64,000 nt of DNA, taken from contig JANJGN010000041.1 in NCBI GenBank assembly GCA_026770705.1, forward strand, positions 3,844,001-3,908,000, read 5' to 3'. The notes under the pieces were generated by a model. That model worked only from the letters and a program-made list of their open reading frames with translations. It was not told the origin of the DNA and did no database searches. Both the position numbers and the translations under genes were made by a program. Each line of letters begins with the position of its first letter. Position 1 is the first letter of the stretch. This DNA comes from Isurus oxyrinchus (Eukaryota). This document shows, one piece after another, positions 13,560-26,834 of this stretch.

Positions 13560-14955
13560 TGCAGAAAAAAACAGGATATGATAAGACCCTGAAATGTTCT
13601 CCAGAAAACTAGAAGGCTTTGAAAAGTTTTTCGGCACTTCTGCAAAATATTGCATTAAGGCACTTCAGCGAATGTACCAGCGAAGAGCCTGGTGCACATG
13701 AAAAATCGCTGATGCGGCTTCTTGATTCCGCTGCAAATTGTACGTCTCAGAAACCGCCCAGATATTATGGAAGGAATGCTGCAGTGCCTGGAAACATTGC
13801 AATGACAGTTGGCAATGTCATCGAATTATCTAAGGAGCAAGATCAAAATCCAACAAATTGAATTAGCACAAAGCCAACGTTCCCAGAAATGAAGGCACCA
13901 GATGAGTAAGCGCAGGGATAAATAAATAAGGTGAAGAAAGAATGGCAAGCAACTTTGACAGGCATTATTGCAGTCGTCCAGCTCCAGTTGATCATAACTC
14001 AGAATTTCGATGAACAAATGCAACACATTATGAACACAGCAATGAAACCTTCCTTGGATTAATTGTCATTAGAGCTAAATTCGAACCAATGATACAAGGA
14101 TATGTCCCATGCATTAAAAACTAATACAATCCTGACCATTTTCTTTGACCTCGCATTCAAAAAGAATTAATTTCGATGATGGCATCGCAGGTGAAGAAAA
14201 TGAACATAATTGTAATGCTGAAGGCGGCAAAACACGTTGTGCTTATTCTTGACGGTGCCGCTGGTCTGAGTGATGAAGATTAGATATTCGTTGTGCTTCT
14301 TTAGGTTGATCTGACTTTTGAAGATGTGAATCGAAGGGAGTATTTGACTCAGTATCTGCTGATTCAAGAGAACATTTTGCAAGGCCTAATTTTCTCAATG
14401 ATGCGCCAGATGGGCGAGGACTTTAGAGCAATGACTGCAAGAGGCAGTGACATAACAATCGGCTAAACATTAAGGATCAGAAACAAAAGGTTTAGTCCTG
14501 CCCCCTTCATCACAACCATCGGGGCTTGTTAACTCCACGAGGCTGCCACAAATTGGAAGATATAGTAAAGTATACTTCTAAAACCACGGCATTCTTTTGA
14601 AGCCGTGCCACGAACTTGAATAAGTATTTCAGTTTGAAATAATGGTTAACATATCTTGAGAGCAGATGCTTCCTGTGTAACGTTAAAGTCGTTGTCAGAC
14701 TGTTGGTGGCATGTTTAACGCAGAATGGAAATGCAATCTGTTCCAAAACAGCTGATATCAGTATGAAATTGATTACAGTTGCTGAAGAATGTCACAACTC
14801 AAATGTTAATATAGAGGCATATTCCAGGATCAACGACGAAGTTGAATCTTTCGAATTTCGCTTTGCAATGGTTGAGTGGTAGGACAGCATATTTGCTACA
14901 AGCATTGTGCCTCAGAACATTCAATCCTTCAAAATGCAGCTTCGTGTGGCTTTAG
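13560..14955 (+). mobile_element. Decayed hAT (Tip100/ZMYM1-like) transposase fragment
   Basis: Frame-hopping translation gives RHFSE..., INKVKKEWQATLTGIIAVVQ, ETFLGLIVIRAKFEP, PRIQKELISMMASQVK, KAAKHVVLILDG (first catalytic D), TLKSLSDCWW (TRW-like) and EVESFEFRFAMVEW. Many stops; truncated by a CR1 at about 14960. Confidence 0.75.
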
Positions 14956-14959
14956 TATT

Positions 14960-16400
14960 TCGGAGGGATAGGCGAAAATGAAAAGCAGGCTGCATAGCCC
15001 TCTTAATAAGGGAATATATTATTGTTAAGAGCGGATCTTTCATCAAACCTTGATGAGCCACTTTGTGAGGAGCTGGGAAACGGCAAATGGATCAGATATC
15101 AGTGGGAGTTGTTTATAGGCCACCAAACATTTGTGTCACAGTATATATCAGGAAATTCGATCTGGATGTAACATGGTTAAAGCAGGAAAATGGGAAACTT
15201 CGATATACAAAGAGACAATGGTTAACCAAATCAGCACTCATAACCTGGAAGAGGAATTCATTGAATGTATGTGTGACTGCTGTCAGCACAAATACGCTAA
15301 AGAGCCAACTAGGGATCGACCTAGACAGGATTTAGTGCTAAGCCATGAGAAAGGTTCAATGGATGTCCTTGCTTTCAGGGATTCTTTGGGAAATAATGAC
15401 GATAACGTGATAACATTTTGCAAAAATGTATTACATCGGTATGCTGTACTCTAATGCTCTGTTCTCAAATCTGACTAAAGGAAATTATGAATGAAAGAGA
15501 GGCAAGTTGGCTATGATGCATTTTCAAAGTATAGCAAAAGGTTTGTCAGTAGACAGGCAATGGCGAGTATTTAAGGAAAGGATGCTGTGTCTACATCAGA
15601 CATGCATTCATCGAAAGCTCAAGCACTCACAGGGAAAGAAAACTCATGGATTGTTAACAAATGAATTTAAATATTGCATTACATGAAATGAAATAATTTA
15701 TCGCGGCACATGAAAGACATGGTAAATCTGAAGGTTGGGGGAAATTTGGAACCCAGCAAAGGAGGACTAAGAAATCGATTTAGAAATGGGAAGAGAATGG
15801 ATTACTATCCAGCGAGGAATGTAAAGAACAAATCTGGGCACTTTACATGTGGGTAGAGAAATATTTATCGTGGAGAAAAGGGAAACAGCATAGCAACGAA
15901 AGCGGAACTTTTAGCTTATCCTCACCAAAGAACATACAGAATATTTCCAAGATAAGCTAGGCAACCAAGTGACTTGTGAAACAGGGGTGTAAAAAGAAAA
16001 AAATAGTATTAGTGAAGAAGGTAGTACTTGAAATGTGAACTTGGATTGACGATTACATAATTGGCTGGATTAGAATTGCTTCATCTCATGAGTTCCGAAG
16101 GAGGAGGCTAAAAAAACGTTGGATGCATTGGTTGTTTTCTTGCAAAATTCTGTAGCTTCTGGAAAGTCTCCAGCTGAATGCAAAGTATCAGATGTTGAAT
16201 CACTATTCCAGAATGGAACCAACGGGACGAGATAGAATTGCAGGCATGTTAGTTTGACTTAACTGGTATGGAAAATGTCATAATGTATTAGTCCGATGCT
16301 GTAACTGGGTATTTAGTAAAAACTGGTAAGATTGCGCAGTGTCAACAAGGGTATATGAAAAGGGAATCATGTTAGACAGAAAATTGAACAACTCCCTGCA
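14960..16400 (+). mobile_element. CR1 LINE ORF2 fragment (endonuclease to RT start)
   Basis: VGVVYRPPN, EEEFIECMCD...KEPTR...DLVLS, and a P-VSLT-like motif near 16245. Confidence 0.75.
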
Positions 16401-16599
16401 TAAGGAGGCTCCAACAATATCCACATTTACCATGCGGCGAGGGCCCAGCTCATCACAGGAAAATATAAAGATGAAGCATTCGCAAAAGTATTCCTCTAGA
16501 GGTGTCAAGTGGATGACCCATATTGGCCTCCTCCGTAGGTTCCCCAGAGCACAGATGATAGTCTTCAGCCAAGTGCCTACACTCTCCTTGTTATCAGAG

Positions 16600-18115
16600 A
16601 GCTGCTGAACCTGTGGATACTGCAAGACTTTGGGCACCAATAATCTTCCAGCAATTGTAATGAAGGCTTGTGAACCCGATAGTGCCCTCTGCAATACCCA
16701 TGCTACAACAGTACAGATTCAACATTGGCACATACCCATATATGAGAAATATCGTGAAGGGACGTGATACAGAAAAACAATCACAAACCCAGCCCGTTCA
16801 CTAACAGTTGCATCAGCTTCCATTTCATCATCAGGAAAGTAATGGAAGGGTGCATCAAGGGGCATCTGATCATCATTACTCTGCTCACTGAGGCTCAGTT
16901 TGTGTTCCACAAGGTGCAGTCTGTTCCCAACAGCATCACAGCCATTGACCAAACATGGAGACAAGAGCTGAACTCCAGATGTGACGTGACATTGGCCGCA
17001 CTTAATATCAAGTCAGCATGTGATCAGAAGTATCATCAAGGCGAACTCAAATAACAGCAGTCAATGCAAATCATCGGAAAAACTCGCCGTCGGATGGAAT
17101 CATATCTGGCACAGATGAATATGGTAGTGATAGTTGAAGGTCATTCATCTCAGTTCAAGGATGTCACTGCAAGAGATGCTCAGTATTGTGCCTAGTCCTC
17201 AGCACCTTCAGCCGCTTCATCTATCACCTTTCTTCCCCCATACGCTCAGAAGTGGGGATGTTCGATGACGATTGCTCACTGGAAAGAACATTTGCAACAC
17301 CTCAAATACTGAGCCGTCCATGCCCACATATAGGAAAGTCTGGACATTGTCCAGGCTTGGGGTGAGAAGTGTCAAGTAAGGTTCACCTTACATACGTACT
17401 AAACAATGTTTATCTCCAAAAAATTTTCTAACCATCGTCCCTTGGCATTCAACGAAATTATGATTTCCGAAACCCCGCTATCATGATCCTCAGAATAACC
17501 ATTGACTAGTAACTGAACTGGCCAACCAGTCAAATACTGTGGCTACAGGAGCAGGCCAGAGGCTAGGAAATCTTTGGCGAGTAACTCACCAGCTGACTCC
17601 CCAATGCTTGGCCACCGTCTACAATACACAACACAGGAGTTCCCAGATAAATGCTGCTCCAATAGCCCTCAGGAACCTCAAAACCATCCACCACAAAGCT
17701 TGATTGGCAGCCCGTCAATAATCACGCGCTCCCTCCACCACTGAGGAACAGCAGCGACAGTTTGCACCAGCTAAAATATTTTCCTCAGTAGCACTCCACT
17801 CTTCCTCGTACAGTACATCCCAAATCCACAACAGCTGTCATCTGGAAGGACAGGAACAGCAGGCACATGGAACACCAGCGCTGCAAGTTTTCCTCCCCAC
17901 CACTCACCATCCTGGCTTGGGACTATCGCCGTTCCGTCATTGTCGCTTGGTCAGACCCTGGAACTACCTCCCTAACTGAACTGTGGGTTTATGTGCATCA
18001 CACACACAGCCATGGCACAAGAATGTAGCTCCCCACCAACTTCCCAAGGGTACGAAAGACGAGCAGTAAGTGGCTGCCTAGGCTGCAATGCCATCCTCCC
18101 GTAAAAGAAGAATAA
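16600..18115 (+). mobile_element. CR1-clade LINE RT and 3' tail (second family)
   Basis: ORF 16764..17054 (IIRKVMEGCI...AALNIKSACD), a degenerate FADD-like motif near 17260, gagtaactcaccagctgactcccc, tail at about 18100. Confidence 0.7.
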
Positions 18116-18744
18116 CGATATAGACGTGCTAATGAGGCAACAATGCTCACATTGTTTCACCATGCTCACCATCATTATATATATATATCTGCAGCCTTTC
18201 TGTTCTCCCCTCAGCTTAACTTTCTGCATCGTCTATATCATCAGCAAAGGTAATTACATATTTCTTTGTTTCTTCTATCGCTTCATTAAGATTGATTTTA
18301 AGAGCCATTCAGCAACTGTCAGCCTTTTACACAGGAACAGAAAAAGGTCATTCTGCGCATCGGGCATTTTTGTATTGAAATGGAGTAGGTATTCAATGCC
18401 TCGAGCCAGTTTCACAGAATTAGAGGAAGGCTGTTAAGTCCTTCTTGTGTTGGTTACAAATGAGCAGGAGGAAGCATTCAGCATTATTCGATCCTATTAC
18501 ACAGGGAAAGTGAGAAACACGATTCATGCTATTTTCGACCCTGAAAGACTGGAGCAGGGGGATATTTTGCACCCACAGACTGTTGCCGTGGAAAAGTGGG
18601 GACTGACTGTTTGGAAGCAATTAGCAGGGCGTTGGAATGCTGAACACCATCACTAATGGATCACAGAAGTTTGGATAATTAAGCTTCTCTTGTAGTATTG
18701 CAAATGTTGCCGTTTATCAATGTTAATGATTTCTTTAACAAAAA

Positions 18745-21220
18745 TAAACACACCTGAAAATACTCTGCTGGACTGGCAACTTCTGCGGAGAGGAAGACAA
18801 TTAACGTTTCGAGTCCATAGGACTCTTCAACAGACCTGAGTAAAAATAGTAGAGAAGTGAAATATAAGCTGGTTTAAGGCGGGGGTGGGGGGGGGGGGGC
18901 GCGGTGACCAGTCGAAATGGATGGATGGCCAGTGACAGGTGGAGATAGACAAAAGATGGCATAGAGAAAAGTACAAAAAGGTGTTGGCGGTGGTGGTATA
19001 ATCTAAGGAATCTGCAAATTATGGGTAGAAAGCAGAAGAAGCAAGGTACAAATAGTGGGGGTAGGGAGGGGTGAAGGAATCAAAAAAGGCCAAAAGGTAG
19101 AGATAAAAGAATAGGTGGAAATACATTTAAAAATACTGGAAATAGGTGGTAAACTAAAAGTCTATTTAAATTATTGGAAAAAGGGGGTGGATCGGAAAGG
19201 GGTGGTGTTGGTAGAGAGAGTTCATGATCTGAAATTGGTGATCTCAATATTCAGCGGAAGGCTGTAAAGTGCCTATTCCGAAGATGAGGTGCTGTTCCTC
19301 CAGTTCACTGGCCCTAACCGCCTCCACTTCACCATGGACGTTCAATCACTCAACACCTCCATTCCCCACCGGGATGGCCTGATGGCTTTCCAATTCTTCC
19401 TCGAACAGAGGCCCGAACAATATCCATCCACAAGTACTCTCCTCCGTCTATTTGATTTTGTTCTGACACAGAACAATTTCTCCTTATACTCCTCTCACTT
19501 CCTGCAATTAAAAGTTGTGGCTATGGGTAACCACATGGGTCCTAGCTATTCCTGTCTTCTTTTGGGGTATGTGGAACATTCATGGTTCTAGTCCTACTCT
19601 GGCCACTTCCCAAAACTTTTTCTCTGGTACATCGATGATGCCTTCGGTGCTGCTTCATGCTCTCGCCTGGACTTGGAAAAAAAAATATTAAATATGCTTG
19701 CAATTTACACCCCTCCATCATTTTCACATGGTCAATCTCGGACACTTCCCTTCCAATCCTTGACCTCCCTGTCTCAATTTCTGGTGTTTCACTGTACACC
19801 AATATCCATTATAAGCCTACCGACTCCCACTGCTACCTTGACTACAGTTCCTTACACCCCGCTTCCTTTAAGAGATCCATCGCCGTCTGTCAGTTCTTTC
19901 ACCACCATCGCATCTGTTTTGATCATGTCACTTTCAGAAACAGTTCCTCTGACATGTCCTTCTTCTTCCTTAAGCGAGGATTTCCACCCATGATGGTAAA
20001 AAGGGCACTCAACCGTGTCCAGCCCATCTCCCGTGCATCCGGCCTCACATTTTCCTCTCTGTCACAGATACATGATAGTGTCACCCTTGTCCTCACTTAT
20101 CAACCCAACAGCCTTCACGTTCAGAGTATCATGCTCGGCCATTTCCGTTAACTCCAACATGATGCCAGCACCAAACACATCTTCTCTTTACCTCGCCCGC
20201 CGGCATTCCAGAGGGATCATTCCCTCTTTGGCACTCTGGTCCACTCCTCCTTGGCCTCCTAAATCACAGCCCCTCCAATGGCACCTTCCCATGGAACTGC
20301 AGAAATTGCAACACCTGCCAATTTACTTCCCCTCTCCTCACCGCCCAAGAGCCCAAACACTCCTTTCAAGTGAAGCAGCATTTCACTTGCACTTGCCTCA
20401 ATTTGGTCCACTCCATTCATTGCTCCCCATGCGTTTCCACTACATTGGAGAGACCAAGCACAGACTGGGTGACTGCATTGAACAACAACTTTGGTCTGTC
20501 TGCACGCATTACCCAGACCTCCCTGTCGCATGGCATTTCAACACTCCACCCTGCTCTCATGCCCACATGTACGTCCTTGGCCTGCTGCATTGTTCCAATG
20601 AAGCTCACCACAAACTGAAGGAACAGCACCTCATCTTCCGACTGGGCACTTTACTGCCTTCCGGACTGAATATTGAGTTCAACAACTTTAGATCATGAAC
20701 TGTCTCCTCCGTCCCCACCCACTTTCTGATCCACTCGCACGCTTTTTTTCCAGTAAGATTTACACCTATTTCCTTCATTTTTAAATTTATTTCTATCCAT
20801 TGTGTTATCTCTACCTTTTAGTCCTTTTCGATTCTCTCACCCCACGCAAACCCCTTTCGAGCTATCTGTACCTTGCTTCTCTTGCTATCCAACGTTAAAC
20901 AACGCATTCCGTATATAATATCATCACCTCCAACACATCTTTGTCCTCTTGTCTATAACATCATTTGAATATCTGCACAAATCACTGGCCCTCTATCCAG
21001 ACCTACCTGTCCCAGCGCCTCATACCCCCCCACACCCACCCATCCCCGCCGCTCCTCCACCCCCCATATAACCAGCTTATATTTCACCTCTCTTCTATTT
21101 ATCTTAGTTCTGAGTCATACAGACTCGAACGGTTAACTATGTTCCTCTCCGCAGATGCTGCCTGATCTGCTAGATTTTATTTTTGTTTTGAATTTCCAGC
21201 ATCCGCAGTTTTTTTTCTTT
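18745..21220 (+). mobile_element. 5'-truncated Penelope-like retroelement (RT + GIY-YIG) with an inverted 5' pseudo-LTR
   Basis: RT motifs FTMDVQSLNTSIPH, AMGNHMGPSY, YIDD (19628) and IHYKPTDSHCYLDY; GIY-YIG HYIGETKHRL...PVAWHFN...KEQHLIFRLGTLLPSGLN, stop at 20698. 18745-19308 is the reverse complement of about 20610-21220. Confidence 0.9.
18798..18840 (-). ncRNA. Degenerate minimal type I hammerhead ribozyme core in the Penelope pLTR
   Basis: Minus strand reads CTGTTGA-A-GAGTCC-TAT-GGACTC-GAAACGTT: core CUGANGA with one substitution, 6-bp stem II, GAAA and a palindromic ACGT stem III. Confidence 0.65.
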
Positions 21221-21419
21221 ACCATAATGATTTTTTTATTGTTGTTGGTTTTCATGACATGAAAGTAACCATGTGGAAGCTGTGATGGGTATCTCTGGCA
21301 CATGCAACCATGAGGATTGAGGGATGCATGGTGCTGAAGTGAACTTGTCAGATGATAACAGGGGATACTGCAAACACTGCCCAATATCGGTTTAGGTATT
21401 TACACTATATGGCAAGAAT

Positions 21420-23640
21420 CACAAGAAGAAATGTCTGCCGTTTATGGTCCAGGAACGGATCATGGGTGATTTCAATTTACATTTAAACTGGAAAAATCAG
21501 CTTAGTAGTTAGAAGGATGGATGACTAATACAAAGAATGCCTCTGATGTATATTTGGTATTTTACATTTAAAAAGTATTAATTAATGGCCCCAGAGTAAA
21601 GGCACTCCTCGGTAGCAGCGTTTAAAATATAATTAAAATTTACCTCCAGCTTGAAATGGAAAAGAATATGCCTAAGACTAGTATTTTAAGCTTAAATATG
21701 GGCGTCTCTGTGGGCATGAATGCTGAGCGAGCTGAAGCAAACGGGGATATTAGATTAGTGGACATCTCAAAGGAGAAGCAGTGGCTGACAGTTAATGAGG
21801 CATTTCAGAATAGTCGGAATAAGTACATCTCTGCAGTAAAGGAAGATTATTAAGGGATAACTCAAAAAGTAAGGGAAATCATCGAGCTGATGGTAAGCAA
21901 AATAGACCGTGCAAAGTTTGCGGCCAGGTCAGATGATTGGCCAGGTTAAAAGGAGCATCAAAGAATAACTAAATGGTTACCAGGAATGAGAAATTAGTGT
22001 ATGAGGGGAAACTAGGTAGAAATGTAAAACGGATGTTTTTGAAAGGAAAAGAGTAAGTAAAGGGAGTGATATTCCCATTCTGATTTTTAAAAAAGAGGCA
22101 ATATTACCTAATAAGGAAATGGCGGATAAAATTAAGGTATATGTTCCTTCTCTACTCAGCACACAAGTAGCACAAATGTTCTAGTAATAGTTGTAAAGCA
22201 AGAGCAGAAATGGAGAGCGAGACTTGGTGAAATTGCAATCACAAGGAAAGAGCTCCTGAACAAACTGACGGATCTGCAGGCAGAAGCGTCTCAGTGTCCT
22301 CAGAAACTTTATCCTCGGATCTTAAAAGAGAGGGCTAATGAGGTAAGAGATGCATTGGTGTGAAAAATTCAATATTCTCTCGTTTCTGGAAACGTTCCAT
22401 TCCGCTTGGAGCGCGTTAAACCTCAATATTCACGAAGGAAGGGATATGGAAAACAGGAAAAAATGGGCCAGTTAGCTTGACACCTGCCTTGGGGATGGTG
22501 TTAGAAGCGATCAGGCAGGAGGTTATAGCTGGGCACTTAGAGATAATCAAGGTAATCGGGAAGAATATCCATGGTATTGTGAAAGGGAAATCTGGTTTAA
22601 CCATTTAATTGGAGTTTCTGGAATGATTGACGTGGGTTGTGGACAAATGGGGATGCTTTTGCATGCGCTGTATTTCGGATATTCGGAAGGCAGTTGATAA
22701 GATGTCGCATCAAAGTTTATTTTAGATGTAAAATGCTCATGGCCTATGGGTTAACTTATTATCATGGACAGAAGATTGGTTAGCTGGCAGATAACAAAGA
22801 CAAGCGAGCGTATTGTGGTAAAATGGGAATGTTTCACTCTGGCAGGGTCAATGTAAATAACATTTGGTGATACCTAACCTGAGAAAGGCTGCAGGATTCC
22901 GAACTGCAGAGGGAACAAGCTGGTCAAAGGCATGATTCGGAAAAAGTGGCCATGCAGGGATGCATTGTAATTCAGATGGGTAATTAATTGTTATGCTTTT
23001 TTGTGAGGGTAATTGAACATAAAAGTGAGGGTGTTATGCTTCGCTTAAACACGTCATTGGTGAAGTCTGGAATATTGTTTGTAGTTTTGATTTCCATGTT
23101 TATGGAAGGATGTCAATGCATGGAGACACATCAGAGAAGGCTTACTAGGTTGTCACCTGGAGTGAATGGAATGTCTTGTGAGCAAAGGTTAGGAAGATCG
23201 AACTTGCCTGCAGAGCATTTTACAGGAGCAATGGGTGAAATCATTGAAGGTAATGCGAACCTGAAAGCTTTTGACAAGGCGGTGGGAAAACATCTTTCAT
23301 GTTTTGGGTGAGCCCTGAATTAGGAGGCATCTATTAAAAAAAGGTTTTGCCCTTTCAGGACACAGTTTATGAGTTTGTGCTTTATTCTGTTTGTTTCTCC
23401 TCGAGGTTTATCTGACGTTGGAACTCTCTGCCTTAGAAGGCGGGGGAGGAACGATCACTGAATATTGATAAGATGGAGGTCAATATATTAGTGCAAGGAA
23501 AATGAATCAAAGCTTATGGGGTTGGTTGGGAATTTGAATCTCGAAACAAACAGATTAGCCATGAACTATATAAATGGTGGAGAAGTTTCGATGGGCCAAA
23601 TAGCCTATTTCTGCTCATATCTTTGCTTTTTGTATGTTTG
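21420..23640 (+). mobile_element. CR1 LINE ORF2 remnant with 3' tail
   Basis: IMGDFNLHLNW (endonuclease), GPVSLT, HGIVKGKS (RT), tail tcgatgggccaaatagcctatttctgctc at about 23590. Confidence 0.8.
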
Positions 23641-24334
23641 TAATCGTGACGACATTGATGAATTTGATAGCAACAATATAAACATTAAATTTTATATGTT
23701 GCCAGAGCGAAAGAGGTCAGTGAGCACAATGGGGATGCTTAATGCGGATTTGTGAGAGTTCGGATATAGGCAGCACAGTTTTAGATGTGTTTTGATCATT
23801 CAGATTTGTAACTGGTGTTGCCAGGAAAACAATTAGAAAAGTTGAGCCTGGATTTCACAAAAGGACAGGTGAGGCTTTGAGCAGCAGATGATCTGGAGTA
23901 GAAGTTCTGGTATAATGTGGAGGATCGAGTGAAAAGCACTGGGTGACGTGATAATGTGGAGGCGCTTGTCAGTCATAGCCAAGTGGATCACAGAGGTTGT
24001 GACCTATCTGTTTCATCATCAGATGTTGGCCAGACACTGGTCTATGTATGCATATTGATTAGAAATGATAAAAATGTCCGCCATCTTCACATTCTTGAGC
24101 ATCACGGAAGGTAATGCAATGAATCATGGATTTCAGACATAGCATCTGGATAGAATGTTTTGACAGGAAGTACGCCAAAGCAATGATTGGAGAGTGAGTT
24201 AACGAGATTATCAGTAAGTTAGGAATGGGATTTCGAGTTAACAACTGAACGCAGAGATGCAGGAAAAAAAGACAAAACAGGGCAGATTAAATGGCTACAA
24301 GAGGGACAGCGTCAAACATCGTTCATATAATTAC

Positions 24335-24632
24335 TTCCTGAATAGGGAACAATAGCCACGATGGCAAATACATCTACTAAACAGTAGTCCGAAATGGATC
24401 CACTTGGCTTAGTTATTGACGAATCATCTGCAGAAATAACTTTGAAAGTGTAAGATAATCCGCTGTCCCTTGTTTGTACATTTCGCTCTATTGTTCCAAC
24501 ATCGCCTGCATTGTCTTAACATTCGAACTAATTTATCTCAGATTCTGATCCACTTCTGCAACATTCAATTTGATTGGCTTCAGATTCAAACCCATTGTTG
24601 TAACATTTCAATCTATTGATCTCAGATTCAGA
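24335..24632 (-). pseudogene. Orphan decayed exon 1 of a GPR139-like receptor with about 3 copies of the 42-bp repeat
   Basis: Minus strand aatctgagatcaatagattgaaatgttacaacaatgggtttgaatctg...gtggatcagaatctgaga, ending in gccatcgtggctattgttccctattcaggaagt (degenerate PILAxxGVPG|gtaag). Contains stops; no exon 2 recognised. Confidence 0.7.
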
Positions 24633-24728
24633 TTTGTTCAGGCAAATTGGGTAAATGTTGCTAGAAAATGGAAATTCTACGGCAAAGTGGAATCCCACTG
24701 GCTTCCGTGGAATGCCGCTGCAGGCCTG

Positions 24729-24799
24729 TCATCCTCAGCAGAGTGGTGAGTATCACCAGCTTCACATGGGAGGCGGGGATTCAAATCACTGACGCGGCA
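24729..24799 (+). pseudogene. Highly decayed tRNA-Asp-like pseudogene
   Basis: ...agtggtgagtatc...gggagg...ggattcaaatc...gacg, in the same flanking context as the copy at 31168. Confidence 0.55.
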
Positions 24800-26834
24800 A
24801 AAAGCCATTATTCAAATTGTGCGCCCCAGAAGGCATGCTCACCATTTTTATTAGCAAATGTGTTTTCATTTCCTGATGAATATCGACATAAAGGGCACAT
24901 CCTCATCAATCCGGACAGAAGGCAGATTTGCAAATATACATCATGAGGAAAGATGTTGGAAAAATTAGAATGTCAAAATCCCCTGTCGGCAAACGGCCCT
25001 TTACCCCATCGTGCTGCCAGCCTCCATCTTGTAGATGTCGCAACATTTACCGAAAATAACTCATCCCAAAGTTTATCGACGGCACGTCCTAAAAAAAAAC
25101 ATGGTTTTGAATCGAGAACTGCATAAGACACAACAGGCATTACGAAAATCGCTAAGGCTGAGGTACTTCACATCCCACCCCCGATTGAGCATCCAGGGCT
25201 AACTGACCACGACACCGTCCAGGCAGGAACACAGCTCCACATCGCCTGTACCAGATGCTGCTGCAGCCTGAAGTACGCTTGTGATGGCCAGAGTGTCAAC
25301 CGACATGTACGCAGTGCGTTTCCAGGAGCTCCAAACTGGTAACAAATATCATTTGAAGGCACGCAAATTCCCATTACTTGCAATCAATAGGAAAAGTAAA
25401 ATCATATTTCAAAAGATACTCATTCAATCGCACTCCGCCCTTCTTTCACGTTATTCCTGACTTTGTACATTCATTATAGCATGTGCACACTTCCCTTGAG
25501 AACATAAGAATTCAAGCAGAAAAAAAAAGCAACAACCTTGCATGTAGTCTCCTCAAAAGGCCAAGGTAATCAAGCGCAAAAAACAAAGTTTCACCAAAAA
25601 TCTTATCAAATCTTTGCTGCCTGAATACTCACTCTACTTCAACTGAAGTTCTGACCATGAAAATGTGCCTGGATTTTGAACGCCGCTCTATAACCTCTCC
25701 AGAATACACTGTGCTTGATGCTTTAATAAACTATTGGATTTCAGCTTTGCCAGCAGCACGGCATACATGGCTTGTTCCTCCCAAGTAACAGGGTCTGTCC
25801 CAAGTGTGACGCACAGAGGTCAAAAATGAAAGCTGAGTGAGAATACCGGTCAATTTTCACAGAAACCCAAATTTTAGGAAAGAAATAAGCGGGCCTGAAA
25901 GTCTATGTGGAAAGAAAGAAATGCTTTACTTTCCGAGTCCGTGGGGCACTTTTTCAAAACTTTCATATGTCAATTTTGTTCGATCATGTTTGTATATGTA
26001 GGCTGTCTTAACTACATTTCTGCACTCCTCTTTAGGCACTTAACATTCAGTCTGAAATGAAAACAGCCTTGTGGAAATCCGATCCAATAGCCTCGTATAA
26101 CACTGCATCAAAACACGCTCTCCACATGTAGTCTCTGCTCCCCTGTCCACATCCCCTTCTTCTGGTCCACACTTCTGCAACAAATAGCGTTCAAGAAATT
26201 TGGGATTTTTAATGCTTCGATCACGTGCCGTGTTTTATGTCTGTGCTGAAAGCTGACCGTGAGAAGTCAACATATTTTATTCCATTTTTCATGGCGCTGC
26301 TAGCGTCCATGGATCCTGCAGCTGCACTAAGCCTTTATCTCTGAAGAGTGACCGAGAAGGATTTAAAATGCAGAGCGGCAAGTGGTGATTGGAAACATTG
26401 CTTCTGATTGGTTTGCTTATGTTACTGAGTGAAAATGAATAAAGAAACGTCTTTCTTTACCGCTTACATGTGAAGTTTTAAATTCGACACACTACATGGT
26501 TTGTGTAGATTATAGAATTAGAGCTGGGAGCGTGGCTGCTGGTGATTGGCGTCTGAATCAAATGGACGACTGGAAATCCTTGCGAATTCTTTGAAAGACT
26601 GTGCGAGTGACAAAATGAGGTAAACAACCGAGGAAGATGGACCTGTGCCTTTGGGCAACGGGAACAACTGACGTCATGTACCGAATTTGAAGAAAAACTA
26701 TGCAATCCCGTTCAAACCGATGGAAGTTAATTGTTTGCATTGTGCAGGCAAACTGTGCAACTATCGCTTCAAAATGAAAACCTGAGTGCAAATTGGAATA
26801 TCACTAGCTCCCTTGGGAAGCACCAGCCGGGCTC

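Noticed and set aside
18150-18700. Short ORFs 18126..18437 and 18447..18656
   Set aside because: The minus strand shows ITFADD, suggesting a decayed LINE RT fragment rather than a host exon.
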